Shown here: positions 26,875-36,052 of the stretch, piece after piece | Layout: each line of letters opens with the position of its first letter | Position numbering within the stretch: the stretch's first letter is position 1 | Translations under genes and position numbers: made by a program | NCBI GenBank assembly: GCA_049511335.1 | Contig: JBEKYD010000001.1 | Span: 28,097-92,096, forward strand | Source of the DNA: Bryobacteraceae bacterium | GTDB taxonomy: Bacteria; Acidobacteriota; Terriglobia; Bryobacterales; Bryobacteraceae | Length of the DNA stretch: 64,000 bases | Direction of reading: 5' to 3' | The notes under the pieces: generated by a model | Databases searched by the model: none | What the model saw: the letters and a program-made list of their open reading frames with translations, nothing else | What the model was told of the DNA's origin: nothing

Positions 26875-27600
26875 TCAGCCCGAAAGCGCCGGGGTCCTCA
26901 CATCGCGCCCCGCCGCCCCAGGCCCACCGTTTCGGATATCGAAGAGCAGGGTGAGCTTTTCCGTGTGAAAATAGTCCACCGCGCGCTCCATGCATTCGCG
27001 CACGTTCCGGCCGTCGCGAACCGCTCTGAGAAGCTCTGCGTGCTGTTGAACGCCCGCCAGCAGCGTCTCTCGATCGGGAGGACACGTCATGTTGAAGAAT
27101 GCGAACAAGGGAAGGACCATGGTTTCCAGCGCCGCGGCCAGAAACCGGTTTCCCGTGGCATGCCAGATGGTAGTGTGAAACTCAACGTCTAACCGGCAGA
27201 AGGACTCCAGATCGAGAAGAACGGCCGCCGGCCCCATCCCGTCGATACACCGCTGTAAGCGGTCGAGAATGGCTGGCGTCATGCGGCCCTGCAGCAGTTC
27301 CGCCGCCAAGCCTTCCAAATTCCGCCGCACGCAGAAGATCTGTTCCACGTCATCGACCGTCAACTGAGTGACGAACGTTCCCTTATTCGCGACCCGAGTG
27401 ACAAATCCCCTGGATTGCAGCTCGAACAAGGCTTCACGAACGGCTGTGTTACCGACTCCCAGTTGTTTGGCCATCTGGCTCTCGACGATTCGATGGCCGG
27501 GCCTCAGCTTGCCCGAGAGAATGGCCCTTCGGATCGCTTCGACGATGCGTTCCTTCCTGCTGATCGTCGTTATAGGATCGACTACGAGTGCTTTATTCAT
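26875..27600 (-). CDS. GntR-family transcriptional regulator (FadR/FCD subfamily)
   Basis: Start set to the ATG at 27600. Winged-HTH region IVEAIRRAILSGKLRPGHRIVESQMAKQLGVGNTAVREALFELQSRGFV followed by an all-helical FCD-like C-terminal domain. Confidence 0.9.
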   Translation of the reverse strand: MNKALVVDPITTISRKERIVEAIRRAILSGKLRPGHRIVESQMAKQLGVGNTAVREALFELQSRGFVTRVANKGTFVTQLTVDDVEQIFCVRRNLEGLAAELLQGRMTPAILDRLQRCIDGMGPAAVLLDLESFCRLDVEFHTTIWHATGNRFLAAALETMVLPLFAFFNMTCPPDRETLLAGVQQHAELLRAVRDGRNVRECMERAVDYFHTEKLTLLFDIRNGGPGAAGRDVRTPALSG

Positions 27601-27617
27601 TGGTAAGCTCCAGCACT

Positions 27618-28001
27618 TTAGAAGGCGCCGCTCTGGCGGTGACACCGATCGCAGGTATCGAACGCGCCTTTCCCGTTGGAGAAGGCGTTTTTGCGATCGT
27701 CGGGCACGCCGTCGTTATTGTGACACGCAAAACACTTTGCGCCCGTTGTATGGTCCGCAAACGCGATGAGCCCTTGTCTGCGCGTAGCAAAGAGTGCCTT
27801 TCCCGTGCCCGCGAAATCGCCGTGGCAATCGTTGCAGCGAAAGCCCTCGGATGCGTGCCGTTGGTGGTCGAAGACGACCTTACCGTGTCCGCCGCCGCGA
27901 TAACTCAGGGTGGGCAGAGGCCCACCCGCTTCGATCGATCCCGGCCACAGGCAGAGCAGCGCCCAAGTCAGCGCCAGCCCTATACCGATTCGGAGTCGCA
28001 T
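27618..28001 (-). CDS. periplasmic triheme cytochrome c (c7 / c3 family)
   Basis: Start set to the ATG at 28001. Sec signal MRLRIGIGLALTWALLCLWPGSIEA. Three CxxCH sites (CNDCH, CFACH, CDRCH) plus a VVFDHQRH distal-His region within 127 aa. Confidence 0.85.
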   Translation of the reverse strand: MRLRIGIGLALTWALLCLWPGSIEAGGPLPTLSYRGGGHGKVVFDHQRHASEGFRCNDCHGDFAGTGKALFATRRQGLIAFADHTTGAKCFACHNNDGVPDDRKNAFSNGKGAFDTCDRCHRQSGAF

Positions 28002-28009
28002 GGTCCCCC

Positions 28010-29257
28010 TTAGACTCTGACGATCCGGCGGTCGATCTTCGAGACGCTCGGAACGCCGGTCAGGACCATGGCGCGCTCGAACTCGTCCTTCATCGTGTTC
28101 ATGAAGAGCGCGACTCCTTCGCGGCCACCGCCAAACGCCGCCCGCAGGAGATGGCGCCCGACCATGACCGCGTCGGCGCCCAATGCCAAACACTTGATTA
28201 CATCGAGACCGCTCTGCATGCAGCCATCGATAAAGATCACCATCTTACCTTTGACCTTATCGGCAATTGCGGCCAGCACGTCCGCGCCTCCGGGCGTGCC
28301 GTCCAACACCCTCCCTCCGTGATTCGATACCACTATCCCTTTGGCGCCTGTGTCGGCCGCCAGCAGGGCTTCGTCGGGCGTCATGATTCCTTTGATCACC
28401 AGGGGCATCTTGATGGAGCGAGCCAGATCGCGCAATTGCGCGACCGACTTGGGTCCATAGGTGACCTCGGGCGGGGTATTTCGCTGGTAACGTCCGGCAG
28501 AGTCGATGTCGATGGTGACCATAAAAGGTGCAGCCGCCTCAATCATCGGGTAGATTTTCATAATGGTCGAGTTGGGAACCGGCTTGACGCCGTAAACCGC
28601 CCGGCCGTGATATCGGGCAACGATATCCAATCGCGACTGCAGATCCTGAACGGCGAAGGCAGGCGATTCACCGACACCGCCGGCGGTGCCGGCATCGTTG
28701 CACCCTCCGATAATGGCGTCGAAGAACCGTTCCACCGGCATGCCTTTGCCAAAACCGGCTCCGTTGTAGCCCATCGGCGCGGCGACGGCGGGAAAGGAGA
28801 GTTTCTGACCGAAAATCGTGGTCGAGGTGTCGGGCCTGGTGAGCTCAGTCAGCGTCCGCAGATTGAGCTCCACGCGCTGTAGCGCCGTGTAATTGTTCTG
28901 GAACGATTTGCCCGACCCGATGCCGCCGATGCCCCCGGACTCTCCCGCACAAGCCACTCCATCGCATTGCGGACAGACGCGACAGGTTGGGTATAACAAT
29001 TCCCGCGCCTTCGTATAGACAGCCTTTACCGTGAGCGCTGGCGCCGAACTGACAGCGGAACTCTGCCCAGCGCTCTGCGCCTGGGCCGCGGCGGCCGCGG
29101 AAAGGAGTGCTTGACCGGCCAAGCCGCCCGTCCCAAGAGCAGCGGAAACCCCGAAAAGATCTCGCCTGCTCAGATTGCACGGATCGTTAGCACGGTCCCG
29201 TCGCGCGTCTCGACCGCCGTTGACTGGTTCCAGATTTGCGTTCGTTTTTGCAGTCAT
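28010..29257 (-). CDS. FMN-dependent alpha-hydroxy-acid dehydrogenase/oxidase family protein with Tat signal and N-terminal 4-Cys motif
   Basis: Start set to the ATG at 29257.
- Tat motif: NLSRRDLFGVSAALGTGGLAG...AAAAAQA.
- 4-Cys motif CRVCPQCDGVAC at nt 28949-28984.
- FMN_dh signatures: PLVIKGI, GIVVSNHGGR, IFIDGCMQSG.DV.KCLALGADAVMVGR. Confidence 0.9.
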   Translation of the reverse strand: MTAKTNANLEPVNGGRDARRDRANDPCNLSRRDLFGVSAALGTGGLAGQALLSAAAAAQAQSAGQSSAVSSAPALTVKAVYTKARELLYPTCRVCPQCDGVACAGESGGIGGIGSGKSFQNNYTALQRVELNLRTLTELTRPDTSTTIFGQKLSFPAVAAPMGYNGAGFGKGMPVERFFDAIIGGCNDAGTAGGVGESPAFAVQDLQSRLDIVARYHGRAVYGVKPVPNSTIMKIYPMIEAAAPFMVTIDIDSAGRYQRNTPPEVTYGPKSVAQLRDLARSIKMPLVIKGIMTPDEALLAADTGAKGIVVSNHGGRVLDGTPGGADVLAAIADKVKGKMVIFIDGCMQSGLDVIKCLALGADAVMVGRHLLRAAFGGGREGVALFMNTMKDEFERAMVLTGVPSVSKIDRRIVRV

Positions 29258-29280
29258 GATTGAGCTCCAAACTATCCTTG

Positions 29281-31464
29281 CTATTGCAGCCGGATTACCG
29301 CCGCATTCCGTTCTCCTACCGTGATTTCGACCAGCGAGCCGGTAACCTTCACGGGTTGGTCCTGCCAAATGTCGTGTGCCTGGGTAAAGTGGCCCGCGCG
29401 CGCGGAAAGAGAGACTCCGACGGGACGCGGTTGTCTGGTGGGATTCACAACCCAGAGATAAGTTCCCGTAGGTCCTATGTGCAGCCTGGCTTTGACCAGC
29501 GATTGGTCGCAATGAAGCCAGCGCTCCTGGTTCGCCCAGGTGAGTAATTCCTCAAAAAATACCCGGGTTTCGGGAGAATGGTGCAGGTAATATCCTCCAC
29601 CCGGAAAAGTGCCGATCAACAGCGTTTTTCCCTTGCCGTAACGGTTCTCCACGGCCGCCACGGCGCCATTCTTGAACCGTCCGACCGCGGTGCCCTCCTT
29701 GGGAGCGTATTGTTGATCGTAAAACCGGCCATCGATCTCGCGGCCGCGCACCTCCAGCTTCAGATCGTCCAGGATATGCGGCACGAACTCCACGGAACTC
29801 TCGGTGGCGCCGAACAGCGCGGCCAGGCCGAGATTCGGCTGAACCGTACCTACGTGCCCGCGGTCCCCGAAATATCCCGGCGTTCCCTCGCTAATCAAAT
29901 AGCCGCCGCTTTGTACATAGTCGATCAGCTTGTGGGCGGTCTCTTCTTTGAGCATCAAAGGAAATGGCAAATACACCACGGGATAGGCCTTAATGTCGTC
30001 GATACTTACGAAATCGGCCTGAATGTTGGAGTCGAAGAACGCCTGGTAAGCTCCCCTCGCCGACTCCGCGTAGAAGCGAGTGTTACCTTCCTGGATGTAG
30101 TTGAAGATCTCCGATTCGGGCACGAACACAATGCCGATCTCGCCCTTCACGGGACGCGCTTTCCAAATGTCGGGGCTGGCGTTTGCCCAACGGGCAATCT
30201 TGGCGGTCAACTCCGACCGCGGCGTCACCGAGCCATCCATCCCGTAGGGGCCGTAAGCTCCAAATAGCGGCCCATCCAGAAGCGGACGCCATCTTGGATA
30301 GAGGATTCCGGTGGCGCCGCCGGCCATCGAAGTCAGATTCCAAAGGCGGATGTCCTCGGGTTGAGCAATCATTCCTTCTTCGCGGGTGAGATTGATCATC
30401 CGGGAGTGATACCAGTCCGGGCCAGCCTGGGCCTCGGCGTGCCAGAACGGCTTCCCCTTAGCCCCAGCGCGGGTGATGTCCACGGCCTCAAAATGCTTCC
30501 AGGGTTCGGGTCCATCGTCGGCGGCGTTGAAACTGAATCCCCACACCTCGACATTGGGAGTAGAACGAAAGTCGTTCAGGCCGTGATCGGGAAGGCCAAT
30601 CAGCGTTTTGCCGACGCCATGTGCCGTGACCAGATTTCTCTTATCGAGGCTGCGAATGAGGTCTGTGCGCCACTTCAGCAACCGGAAGTGATCGTCGAGC
30701 CTGAATTCGAGCCAATCCAGCGACTCGGCGTACCCCAGAAGGTTTCGCGGCGGATGGATCGACTGCCAATCCGTATAGCTGTAACGGTGCCATGCCTTGT
30801 TCAAGCGGTCGAGGGTGTGATATTTCGCCTTGAGCCATTCCTGAAATTTCTGCTGCGTTGCGTCGCAGTAGCAGTACATCCGGTGCGAATCGCCGCCGAA
30901 ATACCAGCCCTCGTTCAGGACGTCATACCCAAGCGTCGCGGGGTGATCGCGGTAGCGGCCGACCATCGCGACCATGAATTTCTCGGCCTCAGCCTTGACA
31001 TCGTCGTTATCAAGGCATAGCCCGGGATAGCCTCCGGTCTCCGTGCTGACGGAGATACCGCTATACACCAGCGAATCGTCGCTTCCCTTGTATTGCGCGT
31101 GGGGATATTTCTCGAACGCCCACTCCGGAGCGAAATTAAGTTGCTCGGCAATTACCACCTTGATGCCGTTCTTGGCGGCCAAGTCCATCATCTGGTCGCA
31201 ATCGAGCCAGTCGTACTTGCCAGGCTCGGTCTCGATTGCCGACCAGATGAACCAATGCCGGAAGGTGTTCATGCCGTTTTCGGCAGCGGTACGATGGTCG
31301 CGCTCCCAATCCTGTTCCGGGGGATTGGATTTGCGGAAATACACCGCGCCGTAAGGAAAGATGGGCAGAATCGGTTCGGCAGCCGAGAGGAATCCGCAAA
31401 AAACAAAGCCCAGGACAAGTCTCATCAAGATCTTTTTATCGTAAAACATACTAAAGAGCTTCAT
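29281..31464 (-). CDS. glycoside hydrolase family 42 beta-galactosidase-like enzyme with signal peptide
   Basis: GH42-type N-terminus (NTFRHWFIWSAIETEPGKYDWLDCDQMMDLAAKNGIKVVI) and acid/base region GYDVLNEG. A trimerisation-like middle domain is present. N-terminal hydrophobic signal MRLVLGFVFCGFLSAAEP. Confidence 0.9.
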   Translation of the reverse strand: MKLFSMFYDKKILMRLVLGFVFCGFLSAAEPILPIFPYGAVYFRKSNPPEQDWERDHRTAAENGMNTFRHWFIWSAIETEPGKYDWLDCDQMMDLAAKNGIKVVIAEQLNFAPEWAFEKYPHAQYKGSDDSLVYSGISVSTETGGYPGLCLDNDDVKAEAEKFMVAMVGRYRDHPATLGYDVLNEGWYFGGDSHRMYCYCDATQQKFQEWLKAKYHTLDRLNKAWHRYSYTDWQSIHPPRNLLGYAESLDWLEFRLDDHFRLLKWRTDLIRSLDKRNLVTAHGVGKTLIGLPDHGLNDFRSTPNVEVWGFSFNAADDGPEPWKHFEAVDITRAGAKGKPFWHAEAQAGPDWYHSRMINLTREEGMIAQPEDIRLWNLTSMAGGATGILYPRWRPLLDGPLFGAYGPYGMDGSVTPRSELTAKIARWANASPDIWKARPVKGEIGIVFVPESEIFNYIQEGNTRFYAESARGAYQAFFDSNIQADFVSIDDIKAYPVVYLPFPLMLKEETAHKLIDYVQSGGYLISEGTPGYFGDRGHVGTVQPNLGLAALFGATESSVEFVPHILDDLKLEVRGREIDGRFYDQQYAPKEGTAVGRFKNGAVAAVENRYGKGKTLLIGTFPGGGYYLHHSPETRVFFEELLTWANQERWLHCDQSLVKARLHIGPTGTYLWVVNPTRQPRPVGVSLSARAGHFTQAHDIWQDQPVKVTGSLVEITVGERNAAVIRLQ

Positions 31465-31826
31465 AGCGACGGTTTCCTCTCGGTCGACGACCTGCCTCTC
31501 GCGCTGACAGCAGCCGCTCGTTCCTTTTAGGGAAGCTGGGGGTTTGTCGCCGATTCGTGGCGGCGCTTACGCGGCCGGGCGGGGCAGGCATTCCGTTCCG
31601 GAACGGAATGGTCGCGTTCGCGATGGTCTGGTCGGCACTGCGTGCTGGGACAGAAACACTCTTGTATTTAAATCCGCTTTGGTTCACGTTGACCATGGCG
31701 CCGCCGCGCCGTGCCTTCGCCATCAAGGCCGTCGAACTTAATACGAAATCAATGACTTGGCCGATGCGCTCTCAGCGACCCGCCGTCCCGCGCACTTTTT
31801 CAACGCCCGGCCAATCTTACATCGCC

Positions 31827-31840
31827 CATCATGCATGATG
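31827..31840. promoter_or_regulatory. perfect 14-bp palindrome CATCATGCATGATG (candidate operator)
   Basis: Self-complementary by inspection. Lies in the 883-bp divergent region between the GH42-FMN DH-c7-GntR operon and TBDR 32348. Shares the 10-mer ATGCATGATG with 32144-32153. Confidence 0.3.
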
Positions 31841-31947
31841 TGTAAACAGATGTCAAGCTCTGTTTATCCTCATTATGAAATGAAAGAAACAGGTGCGGGC
31901 GGAAAGGCCGTGGTGGTGAACCGGTCTGGGGAAACCCCAGGTGTGTC

Positions 31948-32031
31948 AACCGCTCCCTAACGGTCGCGGATCGGTTACGACGCCGTGTGTTTGCAGCCAC
32001 TTACCGAGCCGCGACCGTTAGGGAGCGGTTG
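31948..32031. repeat. REP family 1, complete hairpin (84 bp)
   Basis: Arms CAACCGCTCCCTAACGGTCGCGGATCGGTTA and TTACCGAGCCGCGACCGTTAGGGAGCGGTTG. The loop contains TGTTTGCAG, as in the copy at 37601. Confidence 0.85.
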
Positions 32032-32143
32032 CCGGGAACGGATTCGCCCGGATTTGTGAAGCACCCGAAACACCGTGGCAGGCGATTCAGTCCACAATCA
32101 AGAGGGTGTGGGATAAAACCATATTGACATCGTAAACTCCTTG

Positions 32144-32155
32144 ATGCATGATGCA
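32144..32155. promoter_or_regulatory. second ATGCATGATG site (inverted repeat TGCAT-G-ATGCA), candidate operator
   Basis: ATGCATGATG at 32144-32153 is identical to 31831-31840. It is adjacent to a TTGACA hexamer at 32124-32129 and lies about 195 bp upstream of the TBDR start. Confidence 0.25.
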
Positions 32156-32347
32156 CTATGTTAATCCTCCGACACGCCCGCGTATGCCAGCTCGTGATTC
32201 AGAAAGGGCGTTTCGGGTGCTGGAGTAGTCAGCTCTAGGACGCGTTTTGTGTGGGAGATAAGGCGTTGCGTTCCCATGTTGGTGCGGAGGTTCGTTGGTG
32301 GGGACCGCCGTTTCCTCTATGTTGGGGACAGTGGGAGAGACTGAAAC

Positions 32348-35300
32348 ATGAAGCTCCATTTTGAGAGGTTGAGTGTGCGGTGTGTCGTTCCGATGCTCGT
32401 GTGCATCGTAGCGTTCGCATTGACGGCACGCGCTCAGACGTTTTTCGGGTCGATCGTGGGCACAGCCACGGATTCCTCCGGCGCCGTTGTGCCCGCGGCG
32501 ACGGTGACCTTGACCAACACCGGTACAGCCGAACAAAGAACCGCTCAAACGGACGCGGTCGGCAATTACTCCTTCGTTAGCCTGTTGCCTGGTAGCTACA
32601 GCGTGACGGTTTCGAAGACTGGGTTCAAACAGTCCAAAGTTGACTCGATCCCTCTACGGGTGGACCAGGTGGTTCGCGCCGACGCGATCCTGCAAGTAGG
32701 TGAGTCCTCGCAGGCAGTCGAGGTCTCGGCGTCCAGTGCCTTACTGCAAACCCAAACCTCGACAATCGGCCAGGTGGTCGAGTCGAAACAGGTTGCGGAT
32801 TTGCCATTGAACGGCCGGAATGTTTTGAATCTAACTATGATCGTGCCGGGCGTAGTGCAGGAGGGCGGTTCTTTTGGAAACCCGGTGACCAATAGTGTCA
32901 ACGCCTGGGGCAACTATCAGATTGGCGGTGGCATCGCGAACCAAAGTGGATTCTACCTCGACGGCGCCCCGGTGAACATCAGCTACTGTCAGATGGTGGC
33001 TCTAGTTCCCACGCAGGACGCCATCCAGGAATTCGACGTTCAGAGTAACAACATCAGCCCGGAATTCGGGAAGTCGGCCGGCGGAATCGTCAACATGACA
33101 ACCAAATCCGGCACCAACGATTACCACCTCGAACTCTATGAGTACCTGCGGAACAGGGACCTGAATGCCAACCTGTTCGTGAACAACACCGCGGGTATTT
33201 CCCGGCCGGAATGGACCCAGAACCAATTTGGCGGAACGCTCGGTGGGCCGATCAAGAAAGACAAGACTTTCGCATTTCTCAGTTGGGAGCATTACGACAT
33301 GCACCAGGCGTTCCCGACTTTGACCACCGTGCCGACGCCGTCGATGCTGGCGGGTAACTTTACGCAGGCCGGCGTTCCGCAGATATTCGATCCCTTGACG
33401 ACCTGCGGAACCGGTGGCAACACGGCGACATGCGGGACGTCCAACGGAAGCACGCTATATGCTCGCACGCCTTTTCCGGGCAACATCATCCCTACCAGCC
33501 GGTTAAATCCGACAGCTAGCATTCTATCGCCGATGTTGTGGCCGGCAGCGACCAATCCGAACGCCATAACTAACAATTTTCTGGCCAACTATCCCGAATC
33601 GTACAGTTACAACCAGTACACGGCGCGCATTGACCAGAAAATTGGCGAGAAGCAACAGCTCTTCGGCCGGTTTACGTATTTTCGCATGCTTCCCACTACT
33701 ACCAACCCCCTGTTGAACAACACCAGCAAGACCAAGTATTACCACACGGACCAGGCGGTCTTCGGGGACACGATTCTGATCGATCCGACGACGGTAGCGG
33801 ATCTGAGAGCTTCCTTTATTCGCTATAAGCTGTTTGTTCAACCGGGAAGCTGCTGCAACTTCAAATACGCGCAGCTCGGCGGGAATTGGGCATCCTACCA
33901 GGGAAACGCGCAGTTTTCGGAGATGCCCATGCCCAACGTGGCGGGGATGTACAACTTGAACGGAGTCGCGTTTGACTCGGAGACCGACAATGACTACGCT
34001 CTATCGGGATCGTTGACCAAGACGCTCGGCCGCCATACGTTGAAATTCGGCGCTGAAGCTAGGCGCGTGGAATGGTCGTATTTCCAGAGCAACATCGTGG
34101 GCGGCACGTTCAATGCGGATTCCGGATTTACTTCCGAGTACCCGCTGGTGGGCTCCGGCGCGGGCTCTCCCGCCACGACCGGTTTCGGCTTTGCTTCGTG
34201 GATGCTGGGCTTCCCCTCTTCCGGAAGCGCGCAAGAGCCGGCGCTGTCTTTTGCCAGCTACTACTATGGGGGTCTCTTTGCAAATGACTCCTTCCGCGTC
34301 ACCAACAAACTGACACTCAACCTCGGTTTGCGTTGGGAGCAGCCGGGGTCCTTTCACGAGCGTTACGACAGCTTGACCGCCTTCCTCCCGAACGCGCCGG
34401 CGACGGCTCTGTCGCAGCAAACCGGGCTGCAGAACCTGCAGGGCATTCTGGCTCTGACCGGCTCTTCGCAGTACCCCAGCCGCGATTGGCAAAACCTGCA
34501 CTGGAAAGATTTCTCACCCCGGGTTGGCTTTGCCTACAGCCTGACCAATAATTGGGTAATTCGCGGCGGATACGGAATCCTGTACCTGCCGATTAACGCC
34601 GCCTGGGCACTATCGCCCTACAATGCGCCTGTAAATCTGGCCACCACCACGATGACCGCTTCACTCAACGGCAATCTCACGCCCGATCTGGCGACCACGC
34701 TGAGCAATCCTTTCCCCAATGGGATGGCGTCGCCTCCCGGACACAGCCAGGCGTATGTGAACAGCCTGATCGGACAAGGTTTTCAATCGCCGGTTCCCAA
34801 TATGCCGAATGCTTATGCCCAGCAGTGGAATTTAGACGTCCAACGGCAGATTGGGACGGGGTTGATGGTGGATGCGAGCTACGCCGGCGCCAGAGGCATA
34901 CATCTTCCGGTCGCCTCCCAGAACATCGACGCGCTTCCGGACCAGTACGACTCGATGGGTAATGCGTTGCTGACCGCGGTTAACAACCCGTTCTATGGCA
35001 CTATCCCGACAAGCGCCGGAGTACTGGGACAGTCTACCGTCCTACAGGGCTATCTATTAAGGCCCTATCCCCAGTACCTTTACATGCAATCGATCGGACC
35101 CAATATCGGCGACTCCTACTACGATGCTTTTAACCTCAAAGTGACGGAGCGCATGAAACACGGCGTACTGCTCGTGGCATATACATGGTCGAAGTTCCTG
35201 GGAACCACGGACACGCAAACCCCCTTCGACGAAGGCGTTTCGAGCGCCACGGGCGGCGGGGCGGGAGCCGAGTTTATCGGCGGGCAGAATGGCCTCCAAG

Positions 35301-35917
35301 ACAACAACAACATCAAGGCAGAGAAATCTCTGGAAGCTTTTGAAACGCCAAACCGATTGGTTTTCAGCTACGTCTATGACCTTCCCTTTGGCAAGGGGCA
35401 AAAGTTTCTCAGTGGGGTGCATGGTGTTGCGGGTAAGCTGGTTTCCGGCTGGAGCATAAACGAGATCACCACGTTCCAGACTGGCTTCCCCCTGGCGCTG
35501 TACGATTCCACTTCCAACACTCTGACCGGCACCTTTGCGGCAGGAAAGGGCGTTACCCGGCCAAACTATGTCGGCGGTTGCAATCCGGTTATCTCCGGTC
35601 CGGCGACGTCGAGATTGAAGGAGTGGTTCAACACGTCCTGCTTCACGGCGCCCGGAACTTTTGCGAACGGCGACGAGCCTAGGGTCGACCCGGTACTCCG
35701 CTGGGGCGGTGTCAATAACTTCGACCTTTCGTTCAGCAAAGTCACCCAACTTACCGAACGGTTGAAACTCGACTTTCGAGCCGAAATCTTCAACATATTC
35801 AACCGGGTCCAGTTCGGTGTGCCGGGCGAAGCCTACGGTACGTCCTCGTTCGGTGTCATGACCGGGCAGTTTAACCAGCCCCGGATCGTGCAATTCGGTC
35901 TGCGGCTGTCTTACTGA
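32348..35917 (+). CDS. TonB-dependent outer-membrane receptor with CarboxypepD_reg-like N-terminal domain
   Basis: 1189 aa. Signal peptide ends ALTARAQ. Ig-like N-domain GSIVGTATDSSGAVVPAATVTLTNTGT...GNYSFVSLLPGSYSV. Plug region LPLNGRN and a long beta-barrel ending in the aromatic terminus GLRLSY. Confidence 0.9.
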   Translation: MKLHFERLSVRCVVPMLVCIVAFALTARAQTFFGSIVGTATDSSGAVVPAATVTLTNTGTAEQRTAQTDAVGNYSFVSLLPGSYSVTVSKTGFKQSKVDSIPLRVDQVVRADAILQVGESSQAVEVSASSALLQTQTSTIGQVVESKQVADLPLNGRNVLNLTMIVPGVVQEGGSFGNPVTNSVNAWGNYQIGGGIANQSGFYLDGAPVNISYCQMVALVPTQDAIQEFDVQSNNISPEFGKSAGGIVNMTTKSGTNDYHLELYEYLRNRDLNANLFVNNTAGISRPEWTQNQFGGTLGGPIKKDKTFAFLSWEHYDMHQAFPTLTTVPTPSMLAGNFTQAGVPQIFDPLTTCGTGGNTATCGTSNGSTLYARTPFPGNIIPTSRLNPTASILSPMLWPAATNPNAITNNFLANYPESYSYNQYTARIDQKIGEKQQLFGRFTYFRMLPTTTNPLLNNTSKTKYYHTDQAVFGDTILIDPTTVADLRASFIRYKLFVQPGSCCNFKYAQLGGNWASYQGNAQFSEMPMPNVAGMYNLNGVAFDSETDNDYALSGSLTKTLGRHTLKFGAEARRVEWSYFQSNIVGGTFNADSGFTSEYPLVGSGAGSPATTGFGFASWMLGFPSSGSAQEPALSFASYYYGGLFANDSFRVTNKLTLNLGLRWEQPGSFHERYDSLTAFLPNAPATALSQQTGLQNLQGILALTGSSQYPSRDWQNLHWKDFSPRVGFAYSLTNNWVIRGGYGILYLPINAAWALSPYNAPVNLATTTMTASLNGNLTPDLATTLSNPFPNGMASPPGHSQAYVNSLIGQGFQSPVPNMPNAYAQQWNLDVQRQIGTGLMVDASYAGARGIHLPVASQNIDALPDQYDSMGNALLTAVNNPFYGTIPTSAGVLGQSTVLQGYLLRPYPQYLYMQSIGPNIGDSYYDAFNLKVTERMKHGVLLVAYTWSKFLGTTDTQTPFDEGVSSATGGGAGAEFIGGQNGLQDNNNIKAEKSLEAFETPNRLVFSYVYDLPFGKGQKFLSGVHGVAGKLVSGWSINEITTFQTGFPLALYDSTSNTLTGTFAAGKGVTRPNYVGGCNPVISGPATSRLKEWFNTSCFTAPGTFANGDEPRVDPVLRWGGVNNFDLSFSKVTQLTERLKLDFRAEIFNIFNRVQFGVPGEAYGTSSFGVMTGQFNQPRIVQFGLRLSY

Positions 35918-35944
35918 GCGGCTGTAATACTGAGATGCCGCGGT

Positions 35945-35990
35945 GCGTGGCGCCTTCGAGCCGAACGTCAAGGCGCCACGCTTTACGTTT
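35945..35990 (+). terminator. rho-independent terminator after TBDR 32348-35917
   Basis: 12-bp perfect stem GCGTGGCGCCTT (35945-35956) / AAGGCGCCACGC (35970-35981), a 13-nt loop, then TTTACGTTT. Confidence 0.55.
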
Positions 35991-36052
35991 CCAGCGCGCA
36001 TGGCGGCGGTCGCGTTTCCGTACCGGCCGTGACGTGTGTTGAAAGGAGTGGC

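Noticed and set aside
31451-32347. Small ORFs (for example 31451-31726, 31557-31838, 31757-31960) and a possible riboswitch in the 883-bp intergenic region.
   Set aside because: The ORFs have poor composition and overlap the REP element. I recognised no conserved riboswitch core such as a B12 box. The region is better explained as two divergent promoters plus a repeat.
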